A stretch of 64,000 nucleotides of DNA, from assembly GCA_036679605.1 (NCBI GenBank), contig JAZDCZ010000365.1, positions 1 through 64,000 of the forward strand, read 5' to 3'. The notes under the pieces are model-generated. The model ran no database searches. It saw only the letters and a program-made list of their open reading frames with translations, and was not told where the DNA came from. Origin of the DNA: Gemmatimonadota bacterium. GTDB lineage: Bacteria > Gemmatimonadota > Gemmatimonadetes > Gemmatimonadales > GWC2-71-9. Below, piece after piece: positions 49,989 to 60,715 of this stretch (the first letter of the stretch is position 1; every line of letters begins with the position of its first letter). Position numbers and translations under genes: made by a program.

Positions 49989-52900
49989 TGCTGCCACAGC
50001 TCGTTAAACGATTCCGCGACCTAGTGCAACTGAGGCAGCTGCAGACGGATCTCCCAGTTGCCGGCGCGTCGATTCGAATTACCGGCCTGCCGGGATCCAG
50101 TTCAGCCGTACTGCTTGCTGCGTTGAGCGAAGAACTTCGGCAGAGAGTTCTCCTGTTGGTGGCCGCAACACCGACCGATGCCGAGCGATGGTACACCGAC
50201 CTGAATATGTTGCTGGCCGACGTCGTGCGTCACTATCCTCAGCGAGAGATCGTGAGCGAAGAGGAATCGCACGTCGAGATTGCCGGAGAACGGGCTGAGA
50301 CTATCGAGGCCGTTCTTTCGGGTCGCGTGAGAGTGCTGGTTACGACGCTCCATGCGACACTGGAGCTGAGCCGAATGCCTTCGCTGATAGCGGGCCGACG
50401 GCTTACAATCGACAGGGTTCGGTCGATTCCACTTGGCGAGGTCGTCACGCGTCTGACAGAGATGGGGTATGAGCGATGTCCGGCGGTTAGAGATGTTGCT
50501 CAATTCGCCGTCAGAGGTGGCATTGTAGACGTCTATGGATTCGGGATGGCTGCTCCGGCGCGGTTGGAGTGGTGGGATGACGCAGTGACGTCGATCCGCA
50601 GTTTCAATCTCGATTCTCAGCTGTCCGAAGTAGAAACTGAAACGGTAACCCTGCTTCCGGTGGCTGCCCCGTCGGCCGACGCCGTCATCAAAGGCATGGT
50701 GCGCCAATCACTTCTCGATCTTTTGCCGCCGGACACGCTCTTGATAGTAACTCCTGAGACGGACGTATCGGCGATCGGGCGATTTTGGGAAGAGGACGGA
50801 CACCACATACGAGTTGCTCACCGGCGGGGTGAAGATGTGCCTAACCGAGATGAGATCTATCGTGAACCAGGAGATTGGTTGACGAGATGGAACTCGTTTG
50901 CTCGGATCGAACTCGATCCGAGCGAGGGGAAATGTGATTTCGGTCTGTCGACTCCGGTGGAAATTGGTAGGGATATCAAGAAACTCCGCAAACTCGCTCG
51001 ATCATCGCCCACTTTGATCTTGTGCGACAATGAGGGGCAGTTGGAGCGATTGGAAGAGTTGCTTTCGGAGGGCGACATTCCAGGCGAAAAGTTGCCGAGT
51101 TGGGTGACTCTTGCCCTGGGTTCGCTGCACGGCGGCTTTGTACTTCCCGATCTTATCGTGCTGACTGATCACGAGATTTTCCGACGTACGAGACGGATCC
51201 GTCGATCGCGCCGTTACCGTCAGGCGGTGGGAACAGCTGCAACGGAATCCATCTCTCCTGGAGCATACGTGGTGCACTTGGAGCACGGTATCGGGATATA
51301 CCGTGGAATGGAGACCATAGAGGTTGGTTCGGGGTCGACAATCGACGTTGCCGTCATTGAGTACGAGGGCGGCGACCGTCTCAATGTTCCCGTGTATCGG
51401 CTCGATCAGTTGGAGCCGTTTCGTCTAGCGTCAGACGAAACCCGTCCACCACCAAAGATCGACAAGTTAGGGGGAACGCGCTGGCGGAAGCAGCGTGCGA
51501 AAACCCAAGCTGCAGTCCGGCAACTGGCGGCCGAGTTACTGGAACTTTACGCGCAGAGGTCGATTGCTCCTGGTTTTGCATTTCCGCCCGACACGCAATG
51601 GCAACGGGAACTGGAGTCTTCTTTTCTTTATGAGGATACTCCCGATCAAAGGCGTGCCACGGAGGAAACGAAACGAGACATGGAGCGCCCGCAGCCAGCC
51701 GATCGTCTGGTGGTGGGTGACGTCGGTTATGGCAAGACGGAAGTTGCAGTGCGGGCAGTGTTCAAGGCAGTACAGGCCGGCAAGCAGGCGGCAATCTTGG
51801 TTCCTACCACGATATTGGCGGAGCAGCACGGACGAACTATTGGCGAAAGGCTTGCGGAGTATCCCGTGACAATCGAGGTGTTGTCGCGCTTTCGAACCGC
51901 TGCTGAGCAGAAGAAGATGATAGAAGGGGTGCGAAACGGAACCGTGGATATAGTTATCGGAACGCATCGACTGCTTTCCAAGGATGTCGAATTTCACGAC
52001 CTCGGCCTGCTGATCGTGGATGAGGAGCACAGGTTCGGCGTTCAACACAAGGAGCGGCTCAAAGCGCTGCGCTTGGCGGTTGACGTCATTACCCTAACAG
52101 CTACGCCGATCCCACGTACGCTCCACCTGGCACTGTCGGGGTTGCGCGACATGACCTTGATGGAGACGGCCCCGCGAGACAGATCTCCCGTTCTGACGTT
52201 CATCGAACTCTGGGACGACGAGTTGCTCGAGGAAGTGTTGGCTCGCGAGCTGGATCGTGGCGGTCAGGTGTACTTCGTCCACAACCGAATTGAGACTATC
52301 GAGACAATTGCTGAACGAGTAAAGCGCTTGGTCGCGCGGCGAGATAGTGTGGTGGAGACGGCGCATGGCAGAATGCGGGAGCGGGATCTCGACCGCGTTA
52401 TGCGCAGTTTCGTGGCCGGCGAGATAGACGTACTCGTATCGACGATGATTGTGGAGTCCGGGCTTGACGTCCCAAATGCCAACACAATGATCGTACACGA
52501 TGCCCATAAATTCGGGTTGGCGCAGTTATATCAACTCCGAGGGAGAGTGGGCAGGGGACATCGGCGTGCATACTGCTATCTATTGACACCTGACACCGTG
52601 GCCGCTGACGCCGAACAGAGGCTGAAGGTGTTGGAACATCATACCGAATTGGGAGCAGGTTATCAGATAGCCCTAAGGGACTTGGAACTGAGGGGAGCTG
52701 GTAATCTGCTTGGTGCCGAGCAGTCAGGTCACACTCATGCGGTGGGATTTGACATGTTCATGCGCTGGCTCAACGAGACGGTGCAGGCACTGAAAGGAGA
52801 TATTGGTGCGGAGCAACTGCCCCCGCCAGAAGTGGTTCTCGACCGAGCGGCCTATCTTCCGGACGCGTATCTACCGGACGACGATGCCAAACTAGACTTC

Positions 52901-53305
52901 TATCGACGCCTGGCGCGGGCCGGTGAGCTTAGCGAGATTGTGGACCTCAGAGCGGAACTGCGCGATCGCTTCGGGCCGCTACCCGATGAGGCCGATCGGC
53001 TCCTCATTGTTTCGGAACTGCAAGCGCTTGGTGCAAAACTGGGTCTTGCCACCGTGATAGTGAGAGGTGATGAGGCCCGTCTCAAGTTTCGCGCGGGTAC
53101 AGCCCCTAGGCTTGTGCGGCTATCGGCGGCTCTGGACGATGTACAGTTCTCGGCGGAGGTGAGGAGAACTATGCCCTTGTCGTTACGACTCACACGGTTG
53201 GGGGGTGTGGATATTGGCTCGGGCCTGGTTCGAGCTCTCACTGCAGCTGTTGCAGATGATGATGCAGCGGCGCACGCCCTAGCGTTAGGAGTGAGTCAGG
53301 AGTGA
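49988..53305 (+). CDS. mfd: Transcription-repair coupling factor
   Basis: VVHLEHGIG, GDVGYGKTE, DEEH, TATPIPRT, QLRGRVGR, DLELRGAGN. Confidence 0.97.
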   Translation: MLPQLVKRFRDLVQLRQLQTDLPVAGASIRITGLPGSSSAVLLAALSEELRQRVLLLVAATPTDAERWYTDLNMLLADVVRHYPQREIVSEEESHVEIAGERAETIEAVLSGRVRVLVTTLHATLELSRMPSLIAGRRLTIDRVRSIPLGEVVTRLTEMGYERCPAVRDVAQFAVRGGIVDVYGFGMAAPARLEWWDDAVTSIRSFNLDSQLSEVETETVTLLPVAAPSADAVIKGMVRQSLLDLLPPDTLLIVTPETDVSAIGRFWEEDGHHIRVAHRRGEDVPNRDEIYREPGDWLTRWNSFARIELDPSEGKCDFGLSTPVEIGRDIKKLRKLARSSPTLILCDNEGQLERLEELLSEGDIPGEKLPSWVTLALGSLHGGFVLPDLIVLTDHEIFRRTRRIRRSRRYRQAVGTAATESISPGAYVVHLEHGIGIYRGMETIEVGSGSTIDVAVIEYEGGDRLNVPVYRLDQLEPFRLASDETRPPPKIDKLGGTRWRKQRAKTQAAVRQLAAELLELYAQRSIAPGFAFPPDTQWQRELESSFLYEDTPDQRRATEETKRDMERPQPADRLVVGDVGYGKTEVAVRAVFKAVQAGKQAAILVPTTILAEQHGRTIGERLAEYPVTIEVLSRFRTAAEQKKMIEGVRNGTVDIVIGTHRLLSKDVEFHDLGLLIVDEEHRFGVQHKERLKALRLAVDVITLTATPIPRTLHLALSGLRDMTLMETAPRDRSPVLTFIELWDDELLEEVLARELDRGGQVYFVHNRIETIETIAERVKRLVARRDSVVETAHGRMRERDLDRVMRSFVAGEIDVLVSTMIVESGLDVPNANTMIVHDAHKFGLAQLYQLRGRVGRGHRRAYCYLLTPDTVAADAEQRLKVLEHHTELGAGYQIALRDLELRGAGNLLGAEQSGHTHAVGFDMFMRWLNETVQALKGDIGAEQLPPPEVVLDRAAYLPDAYLPDDDAKLDFYRRLARAGELSEIVDLRAELRDRFGPLPDEADRLLIVSELQALGAKLGLATVIVRGDEARLKFRAGTAPRLVRLSAALDDVQFSAEVRRTMPLSLRLTRLGGVDIGSGLVRALTAAVADDDAAAHALALGVSQE

Positions 53306-54651
53306 GAATGAGAATGCAATTGTGGATCGTGGCCGTCTGGGCAGTATTTCTGAGCGGATGCCAGTTTGACGGCCTGTTGGCTCGGAATACCGTTGCCCAG
53401 GCCAACGATCAAAAGCTCACGGTCAGCGAATTGGCCGACATATTGGCGCATGGCAAGGTCCAACTCGAATCGGATATGGTCGAGCAGTGGGTCTGGTCTT
53501 GGTTGCAATCTTCGCTCTACGCGCAGCGGTTGGCGGCGGGCGAGTCAGTTACAGACACGGCGTCCGTTCTCGAGTCTATGTGGCCGGAGGCAATGGGATG
53601 GGCGGTTTTCCATCTGGCCGAGCGGGATGGGCTAGACACCACCGCGGCAGTGGACAGCGCTTTCCTTGCCGGGGACGACCGGATTCTCGACCAGATTCTC
53701 ATCCGCGTGACGCAGGGTATCGTGCCTGAGGACAAGGCAGCTCTACGGCGACGTGCAGCAAGACTCCGTGCGCGCCTACTGGCGGGTATCCTTTGGGACA
53801 CTGTCGCGGCACGCACGAGAGACCTGGGTAGGCAGGCGACAGCGGGCAGCATTGGTCTGGTCGAGCGGGGCCAGCTCGCTCCCGAGGTCGAAAAAGCTGG
53901 ATTTTCTCTAGCGCCTGGGGCGGTATCTGGCGTTGTCGAGTCGTCCTTCGGGTTTCATATTCTTCGTCGACCCCGGTTCGATGAAGTAAACGTGCAATAC
54001 AGTGCCTTTGCCCTGAACAAGGTGTTGGAGCGCTGGAAATCCCAGAAACGCGAGGAACTCTTGAAAAGCCACGACGTCCGGCTGGAGGATGACGCGGCCG
54101 ACGTGCTGCGGGATGCGGTCAAGCACCCAATGCAATTGTTGGCGACCGACCGAAAGGACTTGATCGGGGAGTACGATGGAGGACGTTTTACCAACCGCGA
54201 TTTCATCCATTGGTTGCAAGCCCTGCCCGTACAGGAACATTTGGCCGCGGACACGGTGGACAACGAGGGGCTGAGACGCCTTGCTCGTAGACTCATCGCG
54301 AACGATCTCATCTATGCGGAGGCGAAGAGTGAGGGTGTGGGGCCGACGAAGGACGAGTACGCGGCAATGAGCCGCGAGTACACCGGGAGGCTTGCGGAAC
54401 TGCGATGGGTGATGCGGATAGACACTTTGCTGATAAAGGCAGCCACACCTGCGGAGCGGATGCAAGCGGCGGCTGACGCCACCGACGACTATTTGAAACG
54501 CCAGATCGAAACGCTGAGGGACGTGAGAGTAGTTCCCCCTTTTCTGGCGCAGCGGCTGCGTGACGAAGCCGACTGGAAGTTTTCCTACGATGCTTTAGAT
54601 CGAGCCGTGGAGAGAGCTCGGCGATTACGCGCGAGAACGAACGAGAGGTGA
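53302..54651 (+). CDS. Parvulin-type PPIase lipoprotein 1 (divergent)
   Basis: Lipobox LSGC; GSIG..RGQL..F...VESSFGFHIL. Confidence 0.8.
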   Translation: MRMRMQLWIVAVWAVFLSGCQFDGLLARNTVAQANDQKLTVSELADILAHGKVQLESDMVEQWVWSWLQSSLYAQRLAAGESVTDTASVLESMWPEAMGWAVFHLAERDGLDTTAAVDSAFLAGDDRILDQILIRVTQGIVPEDKAALRRRAARLRARLLAGILWDTVAARTRDLGRQATAGSIGLVERGQLAPEVEKAGFSLAPGAVSGVVESSFGFHILRRPRFDEVNVQYSAFALNKVLERWKSQKREELLKSHDVRLEDDAADVLRDAVKHPMQLLATDRKDLIGEYDGGRFTNRDFIHWLQALPVQEHLAADTVDNEGLRRLARRLIANDLIYAEAKSEGVGPTKDEYAAMSREYTGRLAELRWVMRIDTLLIKAATPAERMQAAADATDDYLKRQIETLRDVRVVPPFLAQRLRDEADWKFSYDALDRAVERARRLRARTNER

Positions 54652-54660
54652 GATAGTACA

Positions 54661-56088
54661 ATGAAGCTTCGGTTTTTGACGGTTGGCGTTTTGCTCGGTG
54701 GAACGGTGTTGGCCAGCGGTTGCGACGTCCAGGATGCATTTCGTGCGCACGCCGACGTAGCTGCGCGTGCCGGCAATCACGAACTCAGGGTTGAAAGGCT
54801 TGCCGAGATTATTGCCAACTCGCGGAATATCCCGATCCGGCAGGACATTCTCAAGCGTGTCGCGTCGCTGTGGGTAGACTACACTCTTTTCGCACAGCGA
54901 ATCACCGATCAAGATTCTTTGCTCGATTCCCTTTCTGTGATGAACACGATGTGGAACGCAGCTCAGCTGCAGGTGATCGGCTACTATCACGATCAACTGG
55001 TGAGCCAACGCGTAACGATAGATTCCGCGACAGTAGACAGTGTATACAATGCGGGTGAGCGGCGTCTGATATACCACATCCTCGTCCAGACGAGGCCAGA
55101 CATGTCCCAGAGCGACAAGGCCGACCAACTGCGGAAGGCACAGCGACTCAGGACAAGCGCATTGGGCGGCAGTGCAGGTTGGAACAGGGCCATCACTGAG
55201 AGTGAGGACTCGGTGAGCCAATCGCAGGGAGGAAGTCTTGGGATTCTCGGGCGAGGTCAGACAGTTGAGCAATTCGAACGCGTGGCGTTTGCACTGGTGC
55301 CGGGGGAGGTCTCGGCCGTCACGGAAACGGAGTTCGGATATCACGTCATCAAACGCCCGTTTCTCTCTGAAGTACGCCAGGAGTTCGAGCAGCGACTGAA
55401 CGCGATGCTCGTTCGTGATATGGACGCCTTATTCTTGGATGAATTGGAACAACGTTGGGACGTAGAGGTGGTTGTGGATGCGCCGCGCGTGATGCGCGAC
55501 GCGGCCGACGATATGATCCGTTGGAAGGGGTCTCAGAAAGCTATTGGCAAGTACAACGGCGGAAAGTTCACGGCCTCTGATTTTGTGAAGTGGCTCCAAG
55601 CCCTGCCGGCCGAGAACATGGCTCAGGTTACCAACGCGAGCGACGATCAGTTGGTAGAGTTCGCTATGGGTCTAGTTCGGAATACGGTGTTGGAGAAGGA
55701 GGCAAGGGATGCGGGCTACGGGCCAAGCGCGGAAGATTTCGAAAGTCTCAAGCTTTCGCTGTCACAGCGCCTCGCGGGCCTGCGCAATGCAATGGGGCTA
55801 GATTCCAATATCGTGATGTCGGCCGTTGCTGATAGATCGCAGTTGGTTGAGGATGTAGTCGACAGCTATCTTGCGGCCGTCACAACAGACGTCGCTCAAC
55901 TGATAATGGTACCGCCGGCACTCGCCGATCGATTGCGTTCTGAGGACGATTGGAGTTTGTCGACTCCCGGTCTTAAACGCGCGTTACTGCGTAGCGCTGA
56001 AATTCGTGTGAGATTGGGCGGCGATGTGGCTGGTCAGGCGCCGGTAACTCCGGCACCTGCCGCGTCGCAAGATTCTACCGAGTCGTAA
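54661..56088 (+). CDS. Parvulin-type PPIase lipoprotein 2
   Basis: Lipobox ASGC; HILV, GGSLG, ETEFGYHVI. Confidence 0.88.
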   Translation: MKLRFLTVGVLLGGTVLASGCDVQDAFRAHADVAARAGNHELRVERLAEIIANSRNIPIRQDILKRVASLWVDYTLFAQRITDQDSLLDSLSVMNTMWNAAQLQVIGYYHDQLVSQRVTIDSATVDSVYNAGERRLIYHILVQTRPDMSQSDKADQLRKAQRLRTSALGGSAGWNRAITESEDSVSQSQGGSLGILGRGQTVEQFERVAFALVPGEVSAVTETEFGYHVIKRPFLSEVRQEFEQRLNAMLVRDMDALFLDELEQRWDVEVVVDAPRVMRDAADDMIRWKGSQKAIGKYNGGKFTASDFVKWLQALPAENMAQVTNASDDQLVEFAMGLVRNTVLEKEARDAGYGPSAEDFESLKLSLSQRLAGLRNAMGLDSNIVMSAVADRSQLVEDVVDSYLAAVTTDVAQLIMVPPALADRLRSEDDWSLSTPGLKRALLRSAEIRVRLGGDVAGQAPVTPAPAASQDSTES

Positions 56089-56103
56089 ATTGCGGGGGTA
56101 GGT

Positions 56104-57420
56104 ATGCAACTGCGTCAATTGAGAATCGCTCTACTAGGCCTGATCGTGATAGCCACTCCGGTCGTAGCGCAAGAAGGCCTGCGAGTGCCGGTCGATCGAA
56201 TAGTTGCTATCGTGGGCGAGACACCCATCACGTTGAGCCGGATGGACGAGCAGCTCCAGGTGTTTCTCACCCAGGGTGGCGAACTCCCGACCGATGCAGA
56301 TTCACTGCGCCAGTTGAGGCTTTCGGTTCTCGAACAGCTCGTCGATGATGAGCTGATCATTCAGGCTGCCGAGAGAGATACGCTAGTCCAGATTACAGAG
56401 GAGGAAGTGCAGAGCGCTGTAGAAGAGGCCATGAAAAACCTCAGGGAGCAAGTACCGTCGGAACTCGATTTTCAGCGGGAAGTCCAGGCCATCGGTTTCA
56501 AGAGTCTGGACGACTACCGCGTTTGGTTGGCCGAACAGCAACGGCGCCAGATTCTGACATCAGTTTATATGCAGGAACTCAGGCAGCGTGGTCAGTTCAT
56601 TCCAATTCCGCCGACCGAATCGGAACTGCGAGACTATTTTGAGAGCACACGAAGCCAGCATCCTAAACGACCGGCCACGGTAACGTACCGCCAGATCGCC
56701 GTGCCGGCCTTCGCAGATCCGGTGGAATTGCGGAAGGCCGAGCAACGTGCCGATTCTCTCGTACTGCGTCTTAGAGGAGGGGAGGATTTCGGGGCTCTAG
56801 CGCTTCAGTTTTCGGCCGATTCCGGCAGCGCGCAGCAGGGAGGTAGGTTGGGATGGGTGCGTCGAGGCCAAGGTCTGGTCAAGGAGTTCGAGGATCTGGC
56901 GTTTCGGCTCCGACCCGGTGTGGTGTCGAGTCCTCTACTGACCCCTTTCGGATTTCACATTATTGAGGTAGAGCGTTCCGAACCCGCGTCCATTCAGGTC
57001 CGGCACATTCTCATCGCTCCCACAATAACCGACGAGCAACAGGCCGCGGCACGGAAGCGCGCCGAGGCAGCCAAGGGAGCCCTCGAGCAGGGCCTGTCGT
57101 TCGACTCGCTTTCGCGCAGCTTTCACGACCGCACAGAAGAGCGCTTTCTAGAGGACGTTCCGGTCGATGCCCTTAGTCTGCAGCTCAGAGAAGCCTTTGC
57201 GACAGCTAAGCCAGGCGATATTCTGGGCCCGTTTGAGCGCGACCGTGGCTTGGGTCGTGTGCTCTATCCGGTAATAGTCTTTCAAGAGCGGAGAGCAGAG
57301 GGGACGGCGAGCTTTGAAGATCTAGAAGATCGAATGCGCTCTTCGCTTGCCGAGAACAATGCGCTCAAGCGTCTCCTCGATAGCCTACGCTCATCGACTT
57401 ACGTGGACGTTCGCCTCTAG
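56104..57420 (+). CDS. surA: SurA-like chaperone/PPIase
   Basis: VDRIVAIVG, GGRLGW, TPFGFHII, RHILI; upstream of pdxA. Confidence 0.88.
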   Translation: MQLRQLRIALLGLIVIATPVVAQEGLRVPVDRIVAIVGETPITLSRMDEQLQVFLTQGGELPTDADSLRQLRLSVLEQLVDDELIIQAAERDTLVQITEEEVQSAVEEAMKNLREQVPSELDFQREVQAIGFKSLDDYRVWLAEQQRRQILTSVYMQELRQRGQFIPIPPTESELRDYFESTRSQHPKRPATVTYRQIAVPAFADPVELRKAEQRADSLVLRLRGGEDFGALALQFSADSGSAQQGGRLGWVRRGQGLVKEFEDLAFRLRPGVVSSPLLTPFGFHIIEVERSEPASIQVRHILIAPTITDEQQAAARKRAEAAKGALEQGLSFDSLSRSFHDRTEERFLEDVPVDALSLQLREAFATAKPGDILGPFERDRGLGRVLYPVIVFQERRAEGTASFEDLEDRMRSSLAENNALKRLLDSLRSSTYVDVRL

Positions 57421-57427
57421 CAATCCC

Positions 57428-58348
57428 GTGCGCCCGCGCGTCGCGATTACAGTAGGGGATCCGCGAGGCATTGGACCGGAGATCTCCAGGAAAGTCTTGC
57501 AACATCCCCCCGAAAATTCGGATTACGTTCTCATAGGTCCCGCGGAGCAAGTTTGCGACGTGGGTGTCGATTCCATTGTCGTGGGTGGAGGTCGAGGAAA
57601 AGGGGAAGCGGGATGCGCAGACTTGCCGATCGAAGAGGCGGGAAGGCTCACCGTCCTACAGGTTGAGAAGGCTGTTGCCCTGGCGCTGGAAGGATCCGTG
57701 GACGCCATCGTTACAGGTCCAGCCGAAAAACGCGCGCTTCACGCTGCCGGCTGCAAGTACCCGGGACACACCGAGTGGCTCGGTGAACTCGCGGGCGGTG
57801 TGGAGACAGCCATGATGCTCGCAGCGGGCGATCTGCGAGTGGTGTTGGCCACTACCCATATTGCGTTGAGACAAGTTCCGGACTCCGTGACGGTAGAGCG
57901 AATCGTCACCGTCGGGAAATTGGCGGCCAGGGCGTTGCAAAAATGGTGGGATCTAGAGAATCCGAGACTTGCGATCTGTGCCCTCAACCCGCATGGGGGT
58001 GAGGGGGGATTGTTCGGTGAGGAGGACGAGACCGTACTGCGGCCTGCCGCGGAAGAATTGGGAGCAGCAGGGCCTGTGCCCGCCGACACCGTGTTCGTTC
58101 GAGCGTTGAGGGGTGAGTTCGATGCCGTAATAGCTCCCTATCACGACGTTGGTATGACGGCAGTAAAGGTTTCGGGATTTGGGAGAGGTGTTAACATCAC
58201 GTTGGGGTTGCCATTTATTCGAACCGCGCCCGACCATGGCACGGCGTTCGATATCGCCGGTAAGGGAATTGCAGATCCTAGCTCTATGCAAGAAGCCGTA
58301 GCACTTGCCGTTCGACTCGCCAAGATGTGTGTTTCGACCGGCGGCTAG
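57428..58348 (+). CDS. pdxA: 4-hydroxythreonine-4-phosphate dehydrogenase
   Basis: GDPRGIGPE, GHTE, LNPH, YHD, RTAPDHGTAFDIAG. Confidence 0.95.
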   Translation: MRPRVAITVGDPRGIGPEISRKVLQHPPENSDYVLIGPAEQVCDVGVDSIVVGGGRGKGEAGCADLPIEEAGRLTVLQVEKAVALALEGSVDAIVTGPAEKRALHAAGCKYPGHTEWLGELAGGVETAMMLAAGDLRVVLATTHIALRQVPDSVTVERIVTVGKLAARALQKWWDLENPRLAICALNPHGGEGGLFGEEDETVLRPAAEELGAAGPVPADTVFVRALRGEFDAVIAPYHDVGMTAVKVSGFGRGVNITLGLPFIRTAPDHGTAFDIAGKGIADPSSMQEAVALAVRLAKMCVSTGG

Positions 58349-59679
58349 GAGTCTGACTGCGCTTTTCCAACCGTAACAATTCTCACTTTTTCCACACGTT
58401 TCTCTTCCATCTCGAGCACGTCCAGCATGAGATCCTCCAGCTGTATTCGATCTCCCGGCTGCGGAAGCCGTCCTAATTTGCCAAAGGCGAGACCGCCGAT
58501 CGTCTGGTAGTCATCGGTCTCTATGGAGAGCCCGAATTTTTTGTTCAGGTCATCGATTTCGGTGTCGCCTGCGACTGTTATGCCATCCGTGCCGGCGTCG
58601 GGCAGAGACTCGGCTTCGTCGTATTCGTCATAGATTTCTCCAACGATCTCCTCGATGAGGTCTTCCATAGTCACTATGCCGGCTGTTCCACCCCACTCAT
58701 CGAGTACCACCGCCATTTGGGCTTTGAGCCGCTGCATGTCGGTGAGAACATCCTCGATCTCCCGGGTGCCGGGCAGAAACATAGGTTCCATCATCAAGTG
58801 AGAAATTGCCTCGTTCCTCTTGTCACGGAGGGACACCAATATCTGTTTGACGTGGACTATCCCTACGATGTCGTCGAGTGAGTCTTTGTAAACGGGGTAA
58901 CGTGATCGTCCGGTTTCAGAGATAAGGTTCAGGGCTTCGTCCACCGTGGTGTCTATGGGCAAACCCACCACCTCCGTGCGCGGTGTCATTACGTCCCGCG
59001 CACGTTTCTCACTGAATTCAAATACGCCTTCGATAAGTCGAACGTCTTCGTCTTCGAGTTGCCCCGACTCCTTGCTTTGCTTGACCAGCATCACGATCTC
59101 TTCAGGCTGGTGCACGCGTTCGGCTTCGCTAGGAGCTTTGGCGCCGACGAGCCGGAGCAGACCATTGGCTGCGCCATTGAGCAGCCAGATAAACGGATTG
59201 GTAGCTTTTGTAAATAGGATGAGGGGGGCGGCGAGCCACCGACTCGTGTCCTCGGGATGTAGGAGCGCGAATGCTTTCGGGGCGAGTTCACCTAATACGA
59301 TATGAAGGAAAATGATTATCAGAAACGCAATCGTGGCCGCCGCCCCGTGTGTGGCGATCTGGTCCAGCGGAGTGGGCAAGTTGCGAAACAATTGCTCGAT
59401 TGCGGAGGCAACGGCAGGCTCGCCGATCCAGCCAAGGCCCAGGCTTGCGACGGTGATCCCGAGCTGTGTGCCGGAAATGTACCGATCGAGTGATTGAATC
59501 GCCTTTTGAGCGAGCTTAGCTTTCTTGTCACCGTCGTCGGCGAGTCGGTCGATACGGGTACGGCGGGCCGCGACGAGTCCGAACTCCGCGGCCACGAAGA
59601 GGCCGTTGGCAGCAACAAGAAGGAGGACGGCGCCGGCACGCCAGATGAAGTCCAGGAGTGATAAGTCGGATTCAGGCAT
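58345..59679 (-). CDS. Hemolysin/CNNM-family protein (DUF21, CBS, CorC)
   Basis: [35 protein letters not shown]. Confidence 0.93.
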   Translation of the reverse strand: MPESDLSLLDFIWRAGAVLLLVAANGLFVAAEFGLVAARRTRIDRLADDGDKKAKLAQKAIQSLDRYISGTQLGITVASLGLGWIGEPAVASAIEQLFRNLPTPLDQIATHGAAATIAFLIIIFLHIVLGELAPKAFALLHPEDTSRWLAAPLILFTKATNPFIWLLNGAANGLLRLVGAKAPSEAERVHQPEEIVMLVKQSKESGQLEDEDVRLIEGVFEFSEKRARDVMTPRTEVVGLPIDTTVDEALNLISETGRSRYPVYKDSLDDIVGIVHVKQILVSLRDKRNEAISHLMMEPMFLPGTREIEDVLTDMQRLKAQMAVVLDEWGGTAGIVTMEDLIEEIVGEIYDEYDEAESLPDAGTDGITVAGDTEIDDLNKKFGLSIETDDYQTIGGLAFGKLGRLPQPGDRIQLEDLMLDVLEMEEKRVEKVRIVTVGKAQSDS

Positions 59680-59746
59680 ATACTGATGGCTCTAAGGTAA
59701 GCAGGGGTACAGTCCCGGCAACAGGACACGGCTGAGGCGCCTGAAA

Positions 59747-60664
59747 GTGACGTCCAACGATTCTACTGATAACGCTCTGAAATGCGTTCAATCGGCTCCG
59801 GTGCTGCGCGGTCACAAGCGCTCGTTGAGGCTGGTCCTGGCAATCACACTCACAGTGATGGTGGCCGAAGTCCTGGGTGGCTGGTTCGCCAATTCGCTGG
59901 CGTTGCTGGCGGACGCCGGTCACATGCTTACAGATGCTGCCGCAATCGGTCTGGCCTTGTTCGCGGCCTGGATCTCCGACCGACCACCCACGGCGAGCAA
60001 GACATTCGGCTACTTGAGGCTGGAAGTGCTGGCCGCGCTGGTGAACGGTTCGACACTGTTCGTGTTGGCCGGACTCATAGTCTGGCACGCGATCGATCGA
60101 TTCGTCTCGCCGCCGGACGTAGAGCCACAGCTAATGCTTGGGGTGGCAGCGATAGGCCTTATGGCCAACGTGATTGCGCTCAAGATTCTCCACGGCGGCC
60201 ACGAGCATTCGCTCAACATTCGAGGGGCTTTTCTCCACGTACTAGGTGACTTGCTGGGCTCGGTAGGTGCACTGATCGCCGGCGTGATCATATTGACGAC
60301 GGGCTGGACGTTGGCAGATCCTATCACGTCGATTGTGATTGCAGTTCTGATTCTCGGTGGCGCCTGGCGCCTGGTTCGTGACAGCGTTGACGTCCTTCTG
60401 GAGGCTACGCCGCGACATATCTCGCTCCAGCAGGTGGCCGACAGGATCTCGAGCATTCCGGATATTCTAGAGGTGCACGATCTCCACGTATGGACGGTTA
60501 CGTCTGGAGTCATCGCGATGAGCGGTCATGCGATTGTGGCTGAGCCCAGCCGCAACCAGGCTGTGCTGGAAGCTGTGCAGAGGAGGATGGCGAAACTCGG
60601 CATCAATCATGTGACCGTGCAGATCGAGGATGGAAAAAACGGCTGCGCCGAGATTAGCATCTAG
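59747..60664 (+). CDS. CDF-family Zn/Co/Cd efflux transporter (CzcD/ZitB-like)
   Basis: ADAGHMLTD, FLHVLGD, VHDLHVW, HVTVQ. Confidence 0.93.
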   Translation: MTSNDSTDNALKCVQSAPVLRGHKRSLRLVLAITLTVMVAEVLGGWFANSLALLADAGHMLTDAAAIGLALFAAWISDRPPTASKTFGYLRLEVLAALVNGSTLFVLAGLIVWHAIDRFVSPPDVEPQLMLGVAAIGLMANVIALKILHGGHEHSLNIRGAFLHVLGDLLGSVGALIAGVIILTTGWTLADPITSIVIAVLILGGAWRLVRDSVDVLLEATPRHISLQQVADRISSIPDILEVHDLHVWTVTSGVIAMSGHAIVAEPSRNQAVLEAVQRRMAKLGINHVTVQIEDGKNGCAEISI

Positions 60665-60715
60665 CTATACTCCACAGCTTTAGTTGAACGTCTAATTGCA
60701 CGGTAATGGAAGGAT

